Assembly: GCA_016188265.1 (NCBI GenBank)
Contig: JACPID010000023.1
Location: 1 to 38,429, forward strand
DNA length: 38,429 nucleotides
Direction of reading: 5' to 3'
Source: Candidatus Woesearchaeota archaeon
GTDB taxonomy: Archaea; Nanobdellota; Nanobdellia; Woesearchaeales; ARS49
The notes below the pieces were generated by a model. The model was not told where the DNA came from and searched no databases. It worked only from the letters and a program-made list of their open reading frames with translations. Every line of letters starts with the position of its first letter. Positions within the stretch are counted from its first letter, which is position 1. Positions 36,096 to 38,429 of this stretch are shown one piece after another. Both the position numbers and the translations under genes were made by a program.

Positions 36096-36116
36096 TTTAA
36101 ACTATACGTGCACAAA
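36096..36116 (+). repeat. 21-bp direct repeat, copy 2 (3' end of the large surface-protein gene)
   Basis: Identical to 34906..34926; encodes CARIV* on the minus strand. Confidence 0.95.
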
Positions 36117-38429
36117 TTGCCCATACAGTATGATTAATTTCTAAAGATGATGCACAATTCCACGAATTATCTGTATTCGGGTATGAAGCACTATTGTACG
36201 CTTCGCATCCTCCGCCTAAAACTTTTTTACCTGCTGTACAATTAATACTGCACTGGACTGCAGAAACACATGTATTAGAAACCCGTTCCAATCCAACATT
36301 TATGCTTCCTGCAACTTCTAGATTGTTATTAATACTTACATTTAAACTTGTACTGGTATTTGTTGTAGTATTTGTCCAACCACCAGTTCCATCATTATTA
36401 TCTGGCAGATTTGTCAGCTGGCTTGCATCTCCTGCAAATGCTGTTGCTGTTACTGTTCCTGCAACGTGCAATGCGCTTGTTGGGTTTGTATTATTTATTC
36501 CAACATTTGTTCCATCATTATACAAGTTATTAACAGAAGCCCAGCCTGCTCCATTATTTCTTAAAGTTTGACCATTGCTTCCTGTAGGAAGATTTGAATT
36601 GCTTATATTATTAAGCCTTGATTCATGATCACCAAGCACATCTAATAAATAAACTGACAATTGATCATAATTTATTCCTTCAATTCTTCCACTATAATTG
36701 AAAACAAGCGCAGGAATTAATTCATAAACCTCTTCAGCAATTAAACCTATACCGTACTCACCAGTATTGTTAAAATTAAATGATATTGGCTGCAAGCTAA
36801 AAAGTTTTGTTTTATCAACTGTAAAATTTGTTATATTTGTTTTATACCTTCTACTTGAACTACAGGTTGAAAGATCATTATTAGCATCCCTACACACTGA
36901 TGTAGCTGCAGCAGCAGCTAAAACACCAACTCTAATACCTCCATTAACATCAAATGTGTTTCCAGGAGTAGTAGTATTTATGCCGACACTGCCATTGCCA
37001 TTAATAGTCATTCTTTGTACAATATTAGAACCGCCGGTAGCTCTTGTCCAAAACTGCAAATTGGTTTCTATATTATTCGTTCCAGTGAAGGTCGTAACGT
37101 CAGAACGTATTTGGGTGCCTGGCAAAAATAACGTCCCGTCATGACCTTGAAAACTGATTGCCCCTATAACTTCACCTGTCGCCACTGTGGTTGGAGCATC
37201 TACTGTACCGCCAGATTTTCGTAATCGTAATACACTAGCTTGGCCGTCTGTATCACTTCCGGTAGTTATATGAAGTTCACTATTAGCCGCATCTTTAGCA
37301 ACAGTGAGCTTCTCTGTTGGGATCGTCGTCCCAATGCCGACGTTGCCGTTCTCCAAAATTCTCATTCGTTCTGTCGGTGTATCAGAACCATTAGTTGTTG
37401 TGTAAAAAACCAAACTTCCTGGCGTATTATTTACTGCAGGAGTTCCATTAACAAATGATGCTATTCTTGCGGTGCTTTGAGTAAAATCAACTCCGTCATA
37501 AGCTGCAAATTCTATTTGCCCTATTACATCTCCGTTCCCGACGATTGTAGGGCTTGCATAAGTATTATTTGCCCTGGCAAATAAAAGAGGAGAAGCAAAA
37601 TTGGAAGTTGAAGCTCTGTATAAAACAGCCCCTTGTCCTGCTCCTGTACTGCTTAGAACTTGAGCAGTTGGATTGAAAGATTGGATTCCAACCTCTGTAA
37701 GCTTAGTTATACTCGCTCCAAGTAAAGAATCTCCTACTACTACAAATTCTTCTGTTGGGCTCGCCGTCCCAATGCCGACATTACCAGTAGTATTCTGAAT
37801 AAAGAATTGTGTTCCTCCAGTTGCTAACTCACTAATATTCAACCCACCACTAATCGTATCAGCCCTTAAAACCCAAGACCTATTACTACCAACCAACGCA
37901 TTAGTCCTTAACGCAGCTATTCTTAATTCAGAACTATTTGTTGACGAGTTAATTAACAGAACTGTATTTGTACTGTTAACTTCAAGATTAGCATTAGGAG
38001 CTACTGATCCGATGCCGACGTTGCCGTCGATATCAATTCTCATTTTCTCCGTTAGACTGCTGGTCCCTGTCTTAAAAATGTGGTCTCCTGAATCGGCTCC
38101 AGACGCTCCGCCAGACTGCGTATTGTATTCAATCTGACCAAAATTGCCGCCAGCATTAAACCCGGAATAAAGAATAATGTGTGACCCGCTGTTCGGGCTG
38201 GCTCCTATCGTATTCAGATTGGATTGTATCGTAAGCGTTGTTGGGGTTGGATCTTGCGCCACTGTCCTTCGGATCACCGCATTTCGATTGCCAGCCAATC
38301 CTATATCTTCATTGATATCCAGTCCTTCAATTGGGCTCGTCGTACCAACACCCACATTACCAGTATTATTTTGTATAAATAATTGTGTTCCACCACTAGC
38401 AAGCTCACTAATATTCAACCCACCACTAA
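36097..38429 (-). CDS. Large fibre-like surface protein with GNVGIGT repeats and a peptidase S74 chaperone domain (5'-truncated)
   Basis: Frame open to the window edge; six GNVGIG-like motifs; SSRRYKTNI...LQPISF...GLIAEEV...INYDQL S74 signature; many N-x-S/T sequons. Confidence 0.88.
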   Translation of the reverse strand, partial: SGGLNISELASGGTQLFIQNNTGNVGVGTTSPIEGLDINEDIGLAGNRNAVIRRTVAQDPTPTTLTIQSNLNTIGASPNSGSHIILYSGFNAGGNFGQIEYNTQSGGASGADSGDHIFKTGTSSLTEKMRIDIDGNVGIGSVAPNANLEVNSTNTVLLINSSTNSSELRIAALRTNALVGSNRSWVLRADTISGGLNISELATGGTQFFIQNTTGNVGIGTASPTEEFVVVGDSLLGASITKLTEVGIQSFNPTAQVLSSTGAGQGAVLYRASTSNFASPLLFARANNTYASPTIVGNGDVIGQIEFAAYDGVDFTQSTARIASFVNGTPAVNNTPGSLVFYTTTNGSDTPTERMRILENGNVGIGTTIPTEKLTVAKDAANSELHITTGSDTDGQASVLRLRKSGGTVDAPTTVATGEVIGAISFQGHDGTLFLPGTQIRSDVTTFTGTNNIETNLQFWTRATGGSNIVQRMTINGNGSVGINTTTPGNTFDVNGGIRVGVLAAAAATSVCRDANNDLSTCSSSRRYKTNITNFTVDKTKLFSLQPISFNFNNTGEYGIGLIAEEVYELIPALVFNYSGRIEGINYDQLSVYLLDVLGDHESRLNNISNSNLPTGSNGQTLRNNGAGWASVNNLYNDGTNVGINNTNPTSALHVAGTVTATAFAGDASQLTNLPDNNDGTGGWTNTTTNTSTSLNVSINNNLEVAGSINVGLERVSNTCVSAVQCSINCTAGKKVLGGGCEAYNSASYPNTDNSWNCASSLEINHTVWAICARIV

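Noticed and set aside
1..38429. CRISPR array or cas genes
   Set aside because: No regularly spaced repeat-spacer run; the 21-22 bp repeats occur only as isolated pairs about 1 kb apart.
36097..38429. Prophage tail gene
   Set aside because: No other viral genes in the window; abundant N-glycosylation sequons and the neighbouring anchored protein fit a cellular surface protein, although sequence beyond the window is unseen.

Overview
AT-rich archaeal chromosome segment. Gene content and protein styles point to a DPANN archaeon, most likely Woesearchaeota (inference). 1-8.1 kb is a cluster of about 11 small membrane-anchored genes; 9 carry class III (prepilin-type) signal peptides, two are 40-48 aa micro-pilins missing from the ORF track, and one is fused to a complete zinc N-acetylmuramoyl-L-alanine amidase (peptidoglycan hydrolase) domain. 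A VapBC module and an AAA_14/DUF4143 ATPase interrupt this cluster. 8.3-18.1 kb holds RPA, an IS1634-like remnant, an S26 peptidase, an orphan histidine kinase, radA, a TRAM protein, thpR, rps2, rnhB and a translin/TRAX protein. 18.2-25.5 kb holds three paralogous membrane proteins, two coiled-coil proteins, a type II/IV secretion ATPase and a TadC/FlaJ-like platform. Next come tRNA-Phe(GAA) with a D-loop BHB intron, rfcL, valS, a nop5-fibrillarin-RsmB/NOP2-NIP7 operon (fibrillarin apparently starting at ACG), MBF1 and MinD. The window ends with a HEPN-MNT module and the 3' part of a large mosaic surface protein with an S74 chaperone domain. Both toxin-antitoxin modules lie between exact 21-22 bp direct repeats inside surface-structure operons. 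All calls come from motif recognition by eye; no searches were run.
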